From the IMG/VR virus record IMGVR_UViG_3300032266_000578, positions 1 to 39,755 of that record: a stretch of 39,755 nt of DNA; one strand, given 5' to 3'. This document shows positions 1-8,187 of the stretch, in pieces. This stretch comes from a virus (lineage: Duplodnaviria > Caudoviricetes). Positions within the stretch are counted from its first letter, which is position 1; each line of letters starts with the position of its first letter. The notes under the pieces were generated by a model. The model ran no database searches, was not told the DNA's origin, and saw only the letters and a program-made list of their open reading frames with translations. The translations under genes and the position numbers were made by a program.

Positions 1-2
1 CC

Positions 3-2042
3 AGAAGCATCAGTATGAGGAGGCAGGTTCATGCCTAATTGCTTCTCAATTTCTACTCTGTATCCAAACCCTAGGTGTTCATTAATATGCGCTTGCATTG
101 ATGCTTGCAAAACTTGTGCTTGTGGTGATTGACCTAAGACTTGTAAAACTTTCGGGTCTTGCATTGAAGTGGTATGAACAATAATATGGGCTTCGTGGTC
201 TTGATAAGCAAATGCTTTAACGGGTTTGCCCATTAAAATATTTTGATTTTCTGTTACAGGGTCTTGCGGTTTTTGATCTTCAGACATAGGCACAAGTTTG
301 TGCGCTTCTTTAATACCCAGCACTTCAAGCATTTGACGATGCAACAACGGCATGTTGTAGAACTGAGGGCTTGTCTGTGCCAGTTGTAAAACAGCTTGAT
401 ATTGCACAATCTTCTGTGCCATTGTTGATGCATTTGGGTCTGATACCGGAATGACATCAATATTTTTATAATCAGATTTCTTAGCCTTACGACTACCTTC
501 TTCAGGTTCGTAGTCATAATCACTAGGTGCATTTTCAGCAATAATATTTTTAAGAAGTTTTAACTCTTGTTTTAAAGAGAAATGAATCCTAGCTTGGACT
601 GCGCTCATTACTTTCAGGGTGCGTTCAAGAATTGCTAACGTTGTTCCAACAGGGGCTTGGCTAGACATGTCTGATGTTTGAAGATCAGCGGTGTTAGCAA
701 AACGGCGTCCGTCTTCTACAATCTGACCAAGAAGTGCCATTAACACTTGGCTTGGTTCTTTGTATGGCAGCGGCATGATGTTGTCTTTCATCGTGCCTGA
801 AGCAACATCTACGTCTCTAAATTCACCCGGAGCAATTGGAGTGTCATCTCCTTTAATTCTTAATCCTCTTGTTTTAAAGCCGCCGGGAAGATTAGACAAA
901 GTACCAGCATCAACCAACTGCCGAATAATAGAAGTGCCAGACTTGGCAAAAGCACCGATAAGATGAATAAGCCCAAAACAATAAAAACCAAAGCCCGGTA
1001 TATAGCCATAATGGACAAAGTGCTGGCGCTTAATAAACTTCTTATCTTCTGGTTTCCAATTGCGGCGAATTGATAAAACTTTGCTTGTGCCTTTTTCAAT
1101 AGTGACGACATAAGGCAAAGCTATGCCTGTGGCTTCGCCGTCTTCCTCATGCTCAAAGCCGGGCAGGTCTAGGTCTACATGCATTTCTAAAAGCTTGTAG
1201 CGACTATCGGCTGTGGCTCTAAAACCTAGTTTTTCAGCAATCTTCTTTTCAACTTCGTCTAAACTATTCTCAGGATCGCCTAAATCAATATCTAGATAAA
1301 ACCCAGCCACTTGCAGTTTGCGAAGTTCATTTTCGTTCTTACGCATGACATGGGTTACACGTTCGGCTGATGCTAAGTCAGTAGCTCCGTAAGGCACAAC
1401 TACATCTTCTGCTGGAACAAACAGAGCTACCTGCCTGTTTAAACTGGGGTCTGCATAGACCTTTCGAAAGGCGTTTCCAGAAAGCCCTAAACCCCAGATC
1501 AAACGTTCTGTCTCAGGACGGTACTCTGGCATTTGCTCTGTTAATTGATAGTTCATGTCCTCTTGAACGCGCAACGCAGCTTCTTTTTTTTCCTGCGTTT
1601 CTTTGCCAATAATCTTAGTTTTGACCGGACCAGCAGCAGGAAACAAAGACATTACTGTTTCTGCTTGAAACTTAACTAAAGCTTCTGCCATGAGTGGATG
1701 ATAGATTCCACAAGCACCTTCCCAAGGCTCAGAACGTTCTTCAATCTTTAGCCCAAGAAGTTCTAACCCATCGACATAGGTTTGAATCCAATCTTTTCTT
1801 GAGGCAATGTCATCTTCAAAATCAGAGATTAAATCACTTGCTAGAAGAGATAATGCAGAGTCATCCAGTTCTTCTGCTAGGTTTTTAGAAAAATCATTAT
1901 CTTCAGGAATGATCTCAATTTCCATCCCACCCATATTTACTGTTACTGATTCTGGGTCTTCAATTTCAATTTCAATTGCAGGCTCTTCCATTAATGCTTC
2001 TAAACCAACGGGAGCTTCGTACAATGATTTTTCGATAGCCAT
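3..2042 (-). CDS. Phage portal protein (3' end runs off the window; at least 680 aa)
   Basis: Missing from the ORF track, presumably because no stop lies inside the window. Translating the two ends by hand gives MAIEKSLYEAPVGLEALMEEPAIEIEIEDPESV...SRKDWIQTYVDGLELLGLKIEERSEPWEGACGIYHPLMAEALVKFQAET from ATG at 2042, and YRVEIEKQLGMNLPPHTDAS in the same frame at the edge. It lies directly downstream of TerL and resembles phage portals. Confidence 0.85.
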   Translation of the reverse strand, partial: MAIEKSLYEAPVGLEALMEEPAIEIEIEDPESVTVNMGGMEIEIIPEDNDFSKNLAEELDDSALSLLASDLISDFEDDIASRKDWIQTYVDGLELLGLKIEERSEPWEGACGIYHPLMAEALVKFQAETVMSLFPAAGPVKTKIIGKETQEKKEAALRVQEDMNYQLTEQMPEYRPETERLIWGLGLSGNAFRKVYADPSLNRQVALFVPAEDVVVPYGATDLASAERVTHVMRKNENELRKLQVAGFYLDIDLGDPENSLDEVEKKIAEKLGFRATADSRYKLLEMHVDLDLPGFEHEEDGEATGIALPYVVTIEKGTSKVLSIRRNWKPEDKKFIKRQHFVHYGYIPGFGFYCFGLIHLIGAFAKSGTSIIRQLVDAGTLSNLPGGFKTRGLRIKGDDTPIAPGEFRDVDVASGTMKDNIMPLPYKEPSQVLMALLGQIVEDGRRFANTADLQTSDMSSQAPVGTTLAILERTLKVMSAVQARIHFSLKQELKLLKNIIAENAPSDYDYEPEEGSRKAKKSDYKNIDVIPVSDPNASTMAQKIVQYQAVLQLAQTSPQFYNMPLLHRQMLEVLGIKEAHKLVPMSEDQKPQDPVTENQNILMGKPVKAFAYQDHEAHIIVHTTSMQDPKVLQVLGQSPQAQVLQASMQAHINEHLGFGYRVEIEKQLGMNLPPHTDAS

Positions 2043-2050
2043 AATGTCTC

Positions 2051-3553
2051 TCAATAATATGCGGTTCTGCGTTTAATCACAGGTTCATCGTCTGCATCGC
2101 TTGTTAATCTAACAAAGCCGCCTTTACGAAATCTAAGTAATGCTTGTGAGGTTGAGTCCACAATATCGTCATGCTCGCCGTTTGGAAATGCTGCACACTC
2201 TTCCATCACTTCTTCTGCCCATCTTGTTGCAGGACACCATACAAAGCCTGACGCAAACATATCAGATATAGCGTTTACACGGGCTATCTTATCAGAGCCT
2301 TTACTCGGTGTATATTCTTGTAAAGGAATTCCTAGTTGTCGCAGCTCATAAATCAATGGCGCACCAGCAGCTTTCTTTTCAATAATTAAGGTGTCTGGCT
2401 CCCATTCCATATACATTTCTTTAGCCTTTTGTTTAAGCTCAGGAAATTCCATGCGTTCTTTAAACGCATCTAACAGAATGATATTGGCTACATCACGACC
2501 ATCAGCGTTGACCTTGTAGAACACGCCCCAAGTCGTACAGGCTGAATAATCTGCACGATTGTTTTTTTCAAAAGCAGTATCCCAAGATTGAATAATGTAG
2601 TCACAAAAAGGAGGTTCTTCATCTTCCCAAATCTTCCACATTTCTCTTTTAATGATTGCGCCCTCTTCGGACGTCGGATTCTGCTGGTATTGTGCCTCCC
2701 ATTTACTAACGGGGATTTCAGCTTTAATGGCTTCTAATTCTTTTTTAGACCAAAACTCTTCCCATAGCGGGTTACCAGAAGGAAGTAGAGCAGGAAATTC
2801 TATGACTTCCCATTCATCACCATCGCGCTTCATTGAATTGGCTAAGATTTGACCTGTTAAGTCTTTCTTAGACCAACGTGTCATTACAATAATAATAGAC
2901 CCGCCCGGCTGAAGACGCTGACGAGGTCCTGAGCCGTACCATTCAAAGACACGGTCATAGACTTCAGGATTGCCTTGCATGGCTTCTTGCTCGCTGTGCG
3001 GGTCGTCAATGATTAATACATCAGCGCCTTTACCCGTCACAGCGCCGCCAACACCAATAGCAAAGTAATCACCGCCTGCGTGAGTATTCCAACGTCCTGC
3101 GGCTTTTGAATCACTAGAAAGCTTTGTAGGAAATATTTCTTGATAGCCCTCTGTGTTGACTAAGTTTCTAACCTTACGTCCAAATCCAACGGCTAGTTCT
3201 GCGGTGTGTGCGGTCTGGATAATCTTTTTTTCTGGAAACTTTCCAAGAAACCATGCTGGAAACAAGAACGAAGCAAACTCTGACTTAGTGTGTCGTGGTG
3301 GCATGTTGATGATAAGTCTTTTTAGCTCTCCATTTGCTACACGCTCAAAAGCATCTGCCATGATCTTGTGATGACGACCAGATATAAACGATGCCCACAT
3401 TTCTCCAACAAACGGCATAAAGTTTTCTTTACACCTTTCAATCTTATCTGCTTTAAGTAACTGTGTTATCTGGTCTATGTGCGGTGAGTCTTTAGGCAAT
3501 ACATCTAACAGCTTGATGTACTTAGCCACTTCTTCTCGCGTGAGCAGGCTCAT
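2051..3553 (-). CDS. terL: Terminase large subunit
   Basis: Walker A region IINMPPRHTKSE, Walker B VLIIDDP, coupling motif VMTRW, RNase H-like nuclease motifs SWDTAF and HDDIVDS; next to the portal. Confidence 0.95.
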   Translation of the reverse strand: MSLLTREEVAKYIKLLDVLPKDSPHIDQITQLLKADKIERCKENFMPFVGEMWASFISGRHHKIMADAFERVANGELKRLIINMPPRHTKSEFASFLFPAWFLGKFPEKKIIQTAHTAELAVGFGRKVRNLVNTEGYQEIFPTKLSSDSKAAGRWNTHAGGDYFAIGVGGAVTGKGADVLIIDDPHSEQEAMQGNPEVYDRVFEWYGSGPRQRLQPGGSIIIVMTRWSKKDLTGQILANSMKRDGDEWEVIEFPALLPSGNPLWEEFWSKKELEAIKAEIPVSKWEAQYQQNPTSEEGAIIKREMWKIWEDEEPPFCDYIIQSWDTAFEKNNRADYSACTTWGVFYKVNADGRDVANIILLDAFKERMEFPELKQKAKEMYMEWEPDTLIIEKKAAGAPLIYELRQLGIPLQEYTPSKGSDKIARVNAISDMFASGFVWCPATRWAEEVMEECAAFPNGEHDDIVDSTSQALLRFRKGGFVRLTSDADDEPVIKRRTAYY

Positions 3554-3587
3554 GCTTTCGCCTTTCCATACACAACTTCGTTGTTTC

Positions 3588-3818
3588 TCATAGCTTGGCT
3601 ATCCTCTTGGCAGACGCATCAACTACTTTCATAGATCGTACCATTCTAGGTTGAACACTAAGATATCCTTGTTTTCTTAACTTGTGTACATACTTATGAA
3701 TATTACTTTTACTCTTAGTGCCAATAGCGTCAGCAATGTTTTTGTACGAAGGTGCATACCCTTTCATCTGAATGTAAAGGGTAATGAATTCAAAAACTAC
3801 TTTTTGCTTAGGTGTCAC
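3588..3818 (-). CDS. LexA-type DNA-binding (winged HTH) domain-only protein
   Basis: MTPKQKVVFEFI...GYAPSYKNIADAIGTKSKSNIHKYVHKLRKQGYL follows the LexA N-terminal domain pattern; 76 aa, with no peptidase/autocleavage domain. Confidence 0.8.
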   Translation of the reverse strand: MTPKQKVVFEFITLYIQMKGYAPSYKNIADAIGTKSKSNIHKYVHKLRKQGYLSVQPRMVRSMKVVDASAKRIAKL

Positions 3819-4008
3819 TTTATTTTAAAAATATATATACCGGGGGGGTGAACAAAAGGATAACACATGGGGGGGTATTCTACATGAGAGTTTAAACAAG
3901 GGAAAGGAGAACAGATAATAGGGGTAGGTGATGGGATGTGTGGATTAGAGTGTAGTGGACTGACCGGGCTGACGGTCGAATAGCGGGGGTGCGGGTACGG
4001 TGGGTCGG

Positions 4009-4202
4009 CAGTCTGTCGAATCGACAACCAGACTGGCTAAGTCTACCTGAGACTAAGTCTAACTTGCTAGTACATCATCCTAGTACATCAGCATTACTTG
4101 TACCGGATACGTTTAAACATTCATGTGTAAACGGTCAACGTGTAAACGGTGCGACAGTCAGTGTCTCACCTGTGTCTCACCACCTGTTCCTGACCTGTTC
4201 TC
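4009..4202. repeat. Hairpin followed by five consecutive short direct-repeat doublets
   Basis: Hairpin CAGTCTG..CAGACTG at 4009-4035; CTAAGTCTA at 4037/4053, CTAGTACATCA at 4067/4080, GTGTAAACGGT at 4125/4140, GTGTCTCACC at 4161/4172, ACCTGTTC at 4182/4193. Confidence 0.85.
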
Positions 4203-4218
4203 ACGCAGGCAAGCTGCC

Positions 4219-4779
4219 TCAGTGTTTAAACGATTCGTCATCCAACAGTGCGAGATGTTGTGACAATTGTTTTTTGAGGTCTTCGGGTGACTGCTTGATG
4301 ACAGTACTCTCCACTCTGTCTGTAAACATTCCCACTGACTTCCCCAGTAGCTCCAACGCTTTCAACTTGCCTGACTCCGTCTTGAAGTCATTAGCGTGTT
4401 CTAGCAGTCTTGCCTTGATATGAGCCTCTGTTGCTGCCTTACTGGCGAGGATGACGCTCTCCTGACGTTCTAGCTTACGTTCCAACAGCACCGCTATTTT
4501 CGGATTATTGAGTAACCTGTTCGCTTCAACGCTGATTGTCTGAGGTGTTGAATTCTCAGCCCCGTATGCCTTTCGATAAGCATCGCTATACGTCAAGCCC
4601 TTTGACACTGCTTCAACGAATGCCTGTTGTCGTGCTGTCAGTCCACTGTGTTTAGGCTTTGCCTTTGTCATGTCTTTACTGCCCTTGGTGCGGTTAGTCT
4701 CTTCCCCCTGTACCGCTGCTCGCAAAAGCTCGCTAATTGCTGCGGGGTTTTCCTTGCTAAGTAATTCTTTGTCCATCAT
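4219..4779 (-). CDS. terS: Terminase small subunit
   Basis: LTARQQAFVEAVSKGLTYSDAYRKAYG...ANRLLNNPKIAVLL...KLKALELLGKSVGMF is a typical TerS HTH plus oligomerisation segment. Start moved to ATG 4779, which follows GGAG; the track starts at TTG 4803. Confidence 0.8.
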   Translation of the reverse strand: MMDKELLSKENPAAISELLRAAVQGEETNRTKGSKDMTKAKPKHSGLTARQQAFVEAVSKGLTYSDAYRKAYGAENSTPQTISVEANRLLNNPKIAVLLERKLERQESVILASKAATEAHIKARLLEHANDFKTESGKLKALELLGKSVGMFTDRVESTVIKQSPEDLKKQLSQHLALLDDESFKH

Positions 4780-4808
4780 CTCGCTCCGAATGCGTGTAAA
4801 CAACCCTT

Positions 4809-4837
4809 AGTCTATCACTGTGTTTATTCCCAGTAAA
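4809..4837 (-). promoter_or_regulatory. Sigma70-type promoter for the terS operon
   Basis: Minus strand TTTACT (4837-4832), N17, TAGACT (4814-4809), with a TGn extended -10; 30 bp upstream of the terS ATG. Confidence 0.55.
4818..4833. promoter_or_regulatory. Putative SOS (LexA) box, gamma/beta-proteobacterial type
   Basis: aCTGTGTTTATTCCCAGt is CTG-N10-CAG, one mismatch from CTGT-N8-ACAG; it covers the spacer of the terS promoter. Confidence 0.55.
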
Positions 4838-4838
4838 G

Positions 4839-5011
4839 TTATCCACAAGTTATCCACAATTACCCCTAAACATTCCTGAGATTATTTATCGAGGTAGGTA
4901 AGGGGGTAGTGACCATACCCCCCTTGCGCCGCTCCTAGGGGTGTTTAAACGCGTTTAAACGCTATAACGGTTTTCCTTAGTTGTGGATAACTACCCCTTT
5001 TCTGTGGATAA
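4839..5011. promoter_or_regulatory. Cluster of four perfect DnaA boxes
   Basis: TTATCCACA at 4839-4847 and 4850-4858; the inverse TGTGGATAA at 4982-4990 and 5003-5011. Confidence 0.8.
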
Positions 5012-5246
5012 CTCTGTTTTTACCAAGACTACCTTAGTGAAAAACACCTGTTTTTGACTGATTTCCCAAGGTCAAATATTGCTTAGTCTTACTGCGTTTG
5101 CCTTAGCATTTCACCCCAGTGAGGTGATGCTGCGTATCCCTTAGCCACTACCTCATTACAATTAGTTCTCCTTGATGCATCCAGTGAACCCCCTCAGAGA
5201 CCGCTTGTTGCATGGCTACAACAACAACGCAAAAGATTTATTCTGA

Positions 5247-5275
5247 CTTGCACCTTTTGTTTAAACCTGTAGAAT
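5247..5275 (+). promoter_or_regulatory. Early sigma70-type promoter
   Basis: CTTGCA-N17-TAGAAT upstream of the rightward early operon; the same architecture recurs at 15782-15754 on the minus strand. GTTTAAAC lies in the spacer. Confidence 0.6.
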
Positions 5276-5469
5276 TCGTTCTGTGGTTTCGTTCTTTTCA
5301 GGTTGTAGAGTCACTCCCATTCACTGACTCAATGCCTGCCTCTTACACCCCATCCCTAGGTGCTGACTCAATAGGGACTCCGACTAACACGTTGCGGAGT
5401 TAAAAAAAGTACTGAGGGCATCACGAAAAGTCCCATACGCCTAGCGTCTACCGTGAGGTATGCGCTAGA

Positions 5470-5520
5470 GAAAGTTAACCGCCAACGCCTTGTATCAGGG
5501 TGTTGGCTGATTACCTTTCC
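5470..5520 (+). other. Long stem-loop with internal loop before an RBS (RNase III-site-like)
   Basis: GAAAG..AACC-GCCAACGCCT/AGGGTGTTGGC-TGATT..CTTTC followed by GGAGCAATACC-ATG. Confidence 0.5.
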
Positions 5521-5535
5521 CATAGGAGCAATACC

Positions 5536-5829
5536 ATGAAACTAAACGACTACTACTACTTCACTGTCGGTTCTCACTTCCTGAGTGCCATCATCAATGC
5601 CGACTGTTCGGGTTTGGATGATTCAGATGAACGCGCACTGAATGACTTCATTGCAAACCTGCCTCCCGCCGCTGTTGGCGGCACTTGGGATGTTGAAGAT
5701 TACGAAACTCACTTCAACCGTTGCGAAGTCACCGACCTGCACTCTGACTGCGTGAATGTCAGTCTGCACTTTTACAACCCTGAGTTGGTAGTGCCACGCT
5801 CAGGTGACGAAGAGAACCTGCTTTATTGA
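5536..5829 (+). CDS. Hypothetical early protein (97 aa, acidic)
   Basis: ATG 5536 follows AGGAG; ORF track frame 5500..5829. Confidence 0.75.
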   Translation: MKLNDYYYFTVGSHFLSAIINADCSGLDDSDERALNDFIANLPPAAVGGTWDVEDYETHFNRCEVTDLHSDCVNVSLHFYNPELVVPRSGDEENLLY

Positions 5830-5877
5830 GAGTAAACCGACAGGGTTTTATGAGAACCCTGTCTGATTCACTTTCAA
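5826..5877 (+). other. Second stem-loop with internal loop before an RBS (RNase III-site-like)
   Basis: TTGAGAGT-AAACC-GACAGGGTT/AACCCTGTC-TGATTC-ACTTTCAA followed by GGAGCAATACCT-ATG. Confidence 0.5.
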
Positions 5878-5895
5878 CCCACTGGAGCAATACCT

Positions 5896-6105
5896 ATGAC
5901 GCACCAAGAGCATTACGACACATTCAAACGCCGTCACCACGGCAAGCCCACTGTCTCACTGGACTTTGCACTGCACGACTGCTATGCCGCACTGAAATGC
6001 CATGCAGACAAGCCTGTCACTGACCCCTACGTTGTCAAACTGTGGGCTGAGATTGACGTTATCCGTGACTTGTTTTTGCTACGCACCAAAAAGGCTAAAG
6101 CATGA
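5896..6105 (+). CDS. Hypothetical early protein (69 aa)
   Basis: GGAG RBS; ATGA overlap with the next gene. Confidence 0.7.
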   Translation: MTHQEHYDTFKRRHHGKPTVSLDFALHDCYAALKCHADKPVTDPYVVKLWAEIDVIRDLFLLRTKKAKA

Positions 6106-6188
6106 ATGACCTTGTGAACGGCATTATTGACGTTGCCATTGGCTGCGTCTTCTTTTCTTTTCTTTTCTTTCTGTTGGGGGTTTTATGA
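6102..6188 (+). CDS. Small hydrophobic peptide (28 aa)
   Basis: MNDLVNGIIDVAIGCVFFSFLFFLLGVL; ATGA overlaps at both ends and it fills the gap exactly. Confidence 0.5.
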   Translation: MNDLVNGIIDVAIGCVFFSFLFFLLGVL

Positions 6189-6754
6189 ACACGACACGTG
6201 AGCAGTGGTTAGCTGCTTTGATCGAAGAACTGCGCGGCATTTTTGCGGTACACGGGCATCCGTTGCCTGAGCGTATCCGTCCTACCTGCGGGTTTCCGTC
6301 CTCCAAAGCACGTTCAAAGGACAAGCACATTGGCGAACATTGGTCACCCGCTGCGAGTGATGATGACACGCATGAGGTGTCTGTTTCCCCTGTAGTCAGT
6401 GACCCGTACGAGGTCGCAGGTATCCTGACGCACGAGTTGTGCCATGCCGCGACCAACGGTGACGGGCATCGGGGCAGGTTTCCTGATCTAGCCCGTAAGT
6501 TGTGGCTAGAGGGCATTCCGACTCATGCCTGTGCGGGGGATGCATTCCGGCTGCACTTTAAGGAAATTGTCGAGTCCTTGGGCGAGTATCCTCACGCCGC
6601 TCTGAACGTTGGCAGAGTGCTTACCCCGCAAAGTACCCGTATGTTGAAAGCGTCTTGCCACTGTGGTTACACCGTGCGCCTGACCAAGAAGTGGGCTGAT
6701 GCGGGTTTGCCCTGCTGCCCGTTGCATCACCTTGACCGTCTTACCCTTTCCTGA
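6185..6754 (+). CDS. SprT-like zinc metallopeptidase with C-terminal Zn ribbon
   Basis: HExxH (LTHELCHAA), downstream GH..F, and a C-terminal CHCGY...CCPLH. Confidence 0.75.
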   Translation: MNTTREQWLAALIEELRGIFAVHGHPLPERIRPTCGFPSSKARSKDKHIGEHWSPAASDDDTHEVSVSPVVSDPYEVAGILTHELCHAATNGDGHRGRFPDLARKLWLEGIPTHACAGDAFRLHFKEIVESLGEYPHAALNVGRVLTPQSTRMLKASCHCGYTVRLTKKWADAGLPCCPLHHLDRLTLS

Positions 6755-6791
6755 CCTGTTCTCTCCCCTAAAATTTTGAGGCTAATCAAAA

Positions 6792-8186
6792 ATGAACAAA
6801 GAACTCGCACTACTCCCGCTTGCCCGTTTAAACGCTGCTTTGGTTGCCCTTGGCATTGAGCGTGTCACTGACAAGGCTGCTGCCATCCCCGTCCTGTCAG
6901 ACGCCATTGACCGTGGGTTGATCACCCTTGCCGCGATCAAGTCATCTACTCCCCCTGCTCCCGCCCCTGCTCCAGAGGGCGAGATTCTATCCTCTGACTT
7001 CATTACCCTGCGATCTGAACTGCGATTAGGTCTCGACTTACTGAAAAGTAAAGTAGATGCTGACCGCGCCAACGCGAGTCGTGACCTTGCGATCCTGTCT
7101 GCCGAACTGCGGGATGCCGCACCTGTAGACGTCACCGCCTCTGTGCGTGATGCTGTTGCTGAAATCCTCGCGCCGTTCAAAGCCACTGCGACCCCTGCGA
7201 CACTGGCTGCTGTTGCGGCGTCTGCTCCTGCGGGGCGTGTCAGGGCTGACAAGCTGTTCGACACCACTTGCTACACGGCTGACGGTGAGTTAGTCAATTT
7301 CGGTAGCTTGGAGGTTTCTGTCTGGGGTGATGCTGATGCCCCTACCCGTCTGGATGACTATGTCTTTGACGCCCGTTATCTGCATGAGGCACTGACCGCC
7401 ATTGGTCAAAAGCTGCCCCTGAACTGTTGGTTAGCAGGGGAACGTGGCACGGGGAAAACAGAGTTTGTCACCCAATTAGCTGCGCGGCTTGGTCGCAAGT
7501 TGTACCGTATCAACTTCGACGAGGCTATCGAGCGCCTCGATTTTATCGGCGGCAACATTGTCGAAGAGGGGTCTGTAGTCTGGAAGGCAGGGGTACTGGC
7601 TCAGGCTATGCAACACGCAGGGGCGCTGATTCTGCTAGACGAGATCAGCTTTGCACGGGCGCAGTCTATTGCGGTCTTGCAGTCCTTGTGTGAACCCTCT
7701 GTGCATAGGGGCGTGATGATCAATGAAACGGGCATCAAAATACCCGTGCATCCCTCTGTCGCGTTCTTCGTTGCAGACAACACGAACGGGTACGGTGATG
7801 CGTCAGGCAATTTCACTGGTACACGCGATCAGAACAGCGCATTTATTGATCGCTTTTCGTACACCTTTGAGTTTAACTATCTGCCCCCTGCTGACGAAGC
7901 AAAATTGATTTCAGACCGCACTGGCTTGAACGCTGATGCGGCGCGTGTCATTGTGAAGTTTGCGGGTGTTGCCCGTGAAAAGAGCAAGGCAGGGATGCTC
8001 ACTCAGCCGCCCTCACTGCGTCAGTTGTTTGCATGGGCGAATGCGGTGCGTGACGGTATCCCTGTCAAAAACGCTTTCGAGTCTTCTGTCGTTCGTAAGT
8101 ACCCCGCTGACTGCTCTGCCGAGTTGCTCGCTGTTTTCACTGCAACCGTTGACGTTGTGAAATTCAAATCATTTTTAAGGAAATAA
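6792..8186 (+). CDS. MoxR-family AAA+ ATPase (CobS/CbbQ/NorQ-like)
   Basis: Walker A GERGTGKT, Walker B ILLDEI, sensor ADNTNG, AFIDRF arginine finger, PSLRQL; followed by vWA partner genes. Confidence 0.9.
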   Translation: MNKELALLPLARLNAALVALGIERVTDKAAAIPVLSDAIDRGLITLAAIKSSTPPAPAPAPEGEILSSDFITLRSELRLGLDLLKSKVDADRANASRDLAILSAELRDAAPVDVTASVRDAVAEILAPFKATATPATLAAVAASAPAGRVRADKLFDTTCYTADGELVNFGSLEVSVWGDADAPTRLDDYVFDARYLHEALTAIGQKLPLNCWLAGERGTGKTEFVTQLAARLGRKLYRINFDEAIERLDFIGGNIVEEGSVVWKAGVLAQAMQHAGALILLDEISFARAQSIAVLQSLCEPSVHRGVMINETGIKIPVHPSVAFFVADNTNGYGDASGNFTGTRDQNSAFIDRFSYTFEFNYLPPADEAKLISDRTGLNADAARVIVKFAGVAREKSKAGMLTQPPSLRQLFAWANAVRDGIPVKNAFESSVVRKYPADCSAELLAVFTATVDVVKFKSFLRK

Positions 8187-8187
8187 T

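Noticed and set aside
254-2076. Short track ORFs 254..541, 760..966, 860..1111, 1694..1888 and 1807..2076
   Set aside because: They are shadows of the portal reading frame (3..2042, minus strand).
4009-4202. Possible mini CRISPR array
   Set aside because: Each repeat is different, only 8-11 bp long and present twice, with no spacer-sized intervals.
3815-4423. Track ORFs 3815..4027 (-) and 3989..4423 (+)
   Set aside because: Low-complexity translations of the G-rich repeat region or antisense to terS; no convincing RBS.
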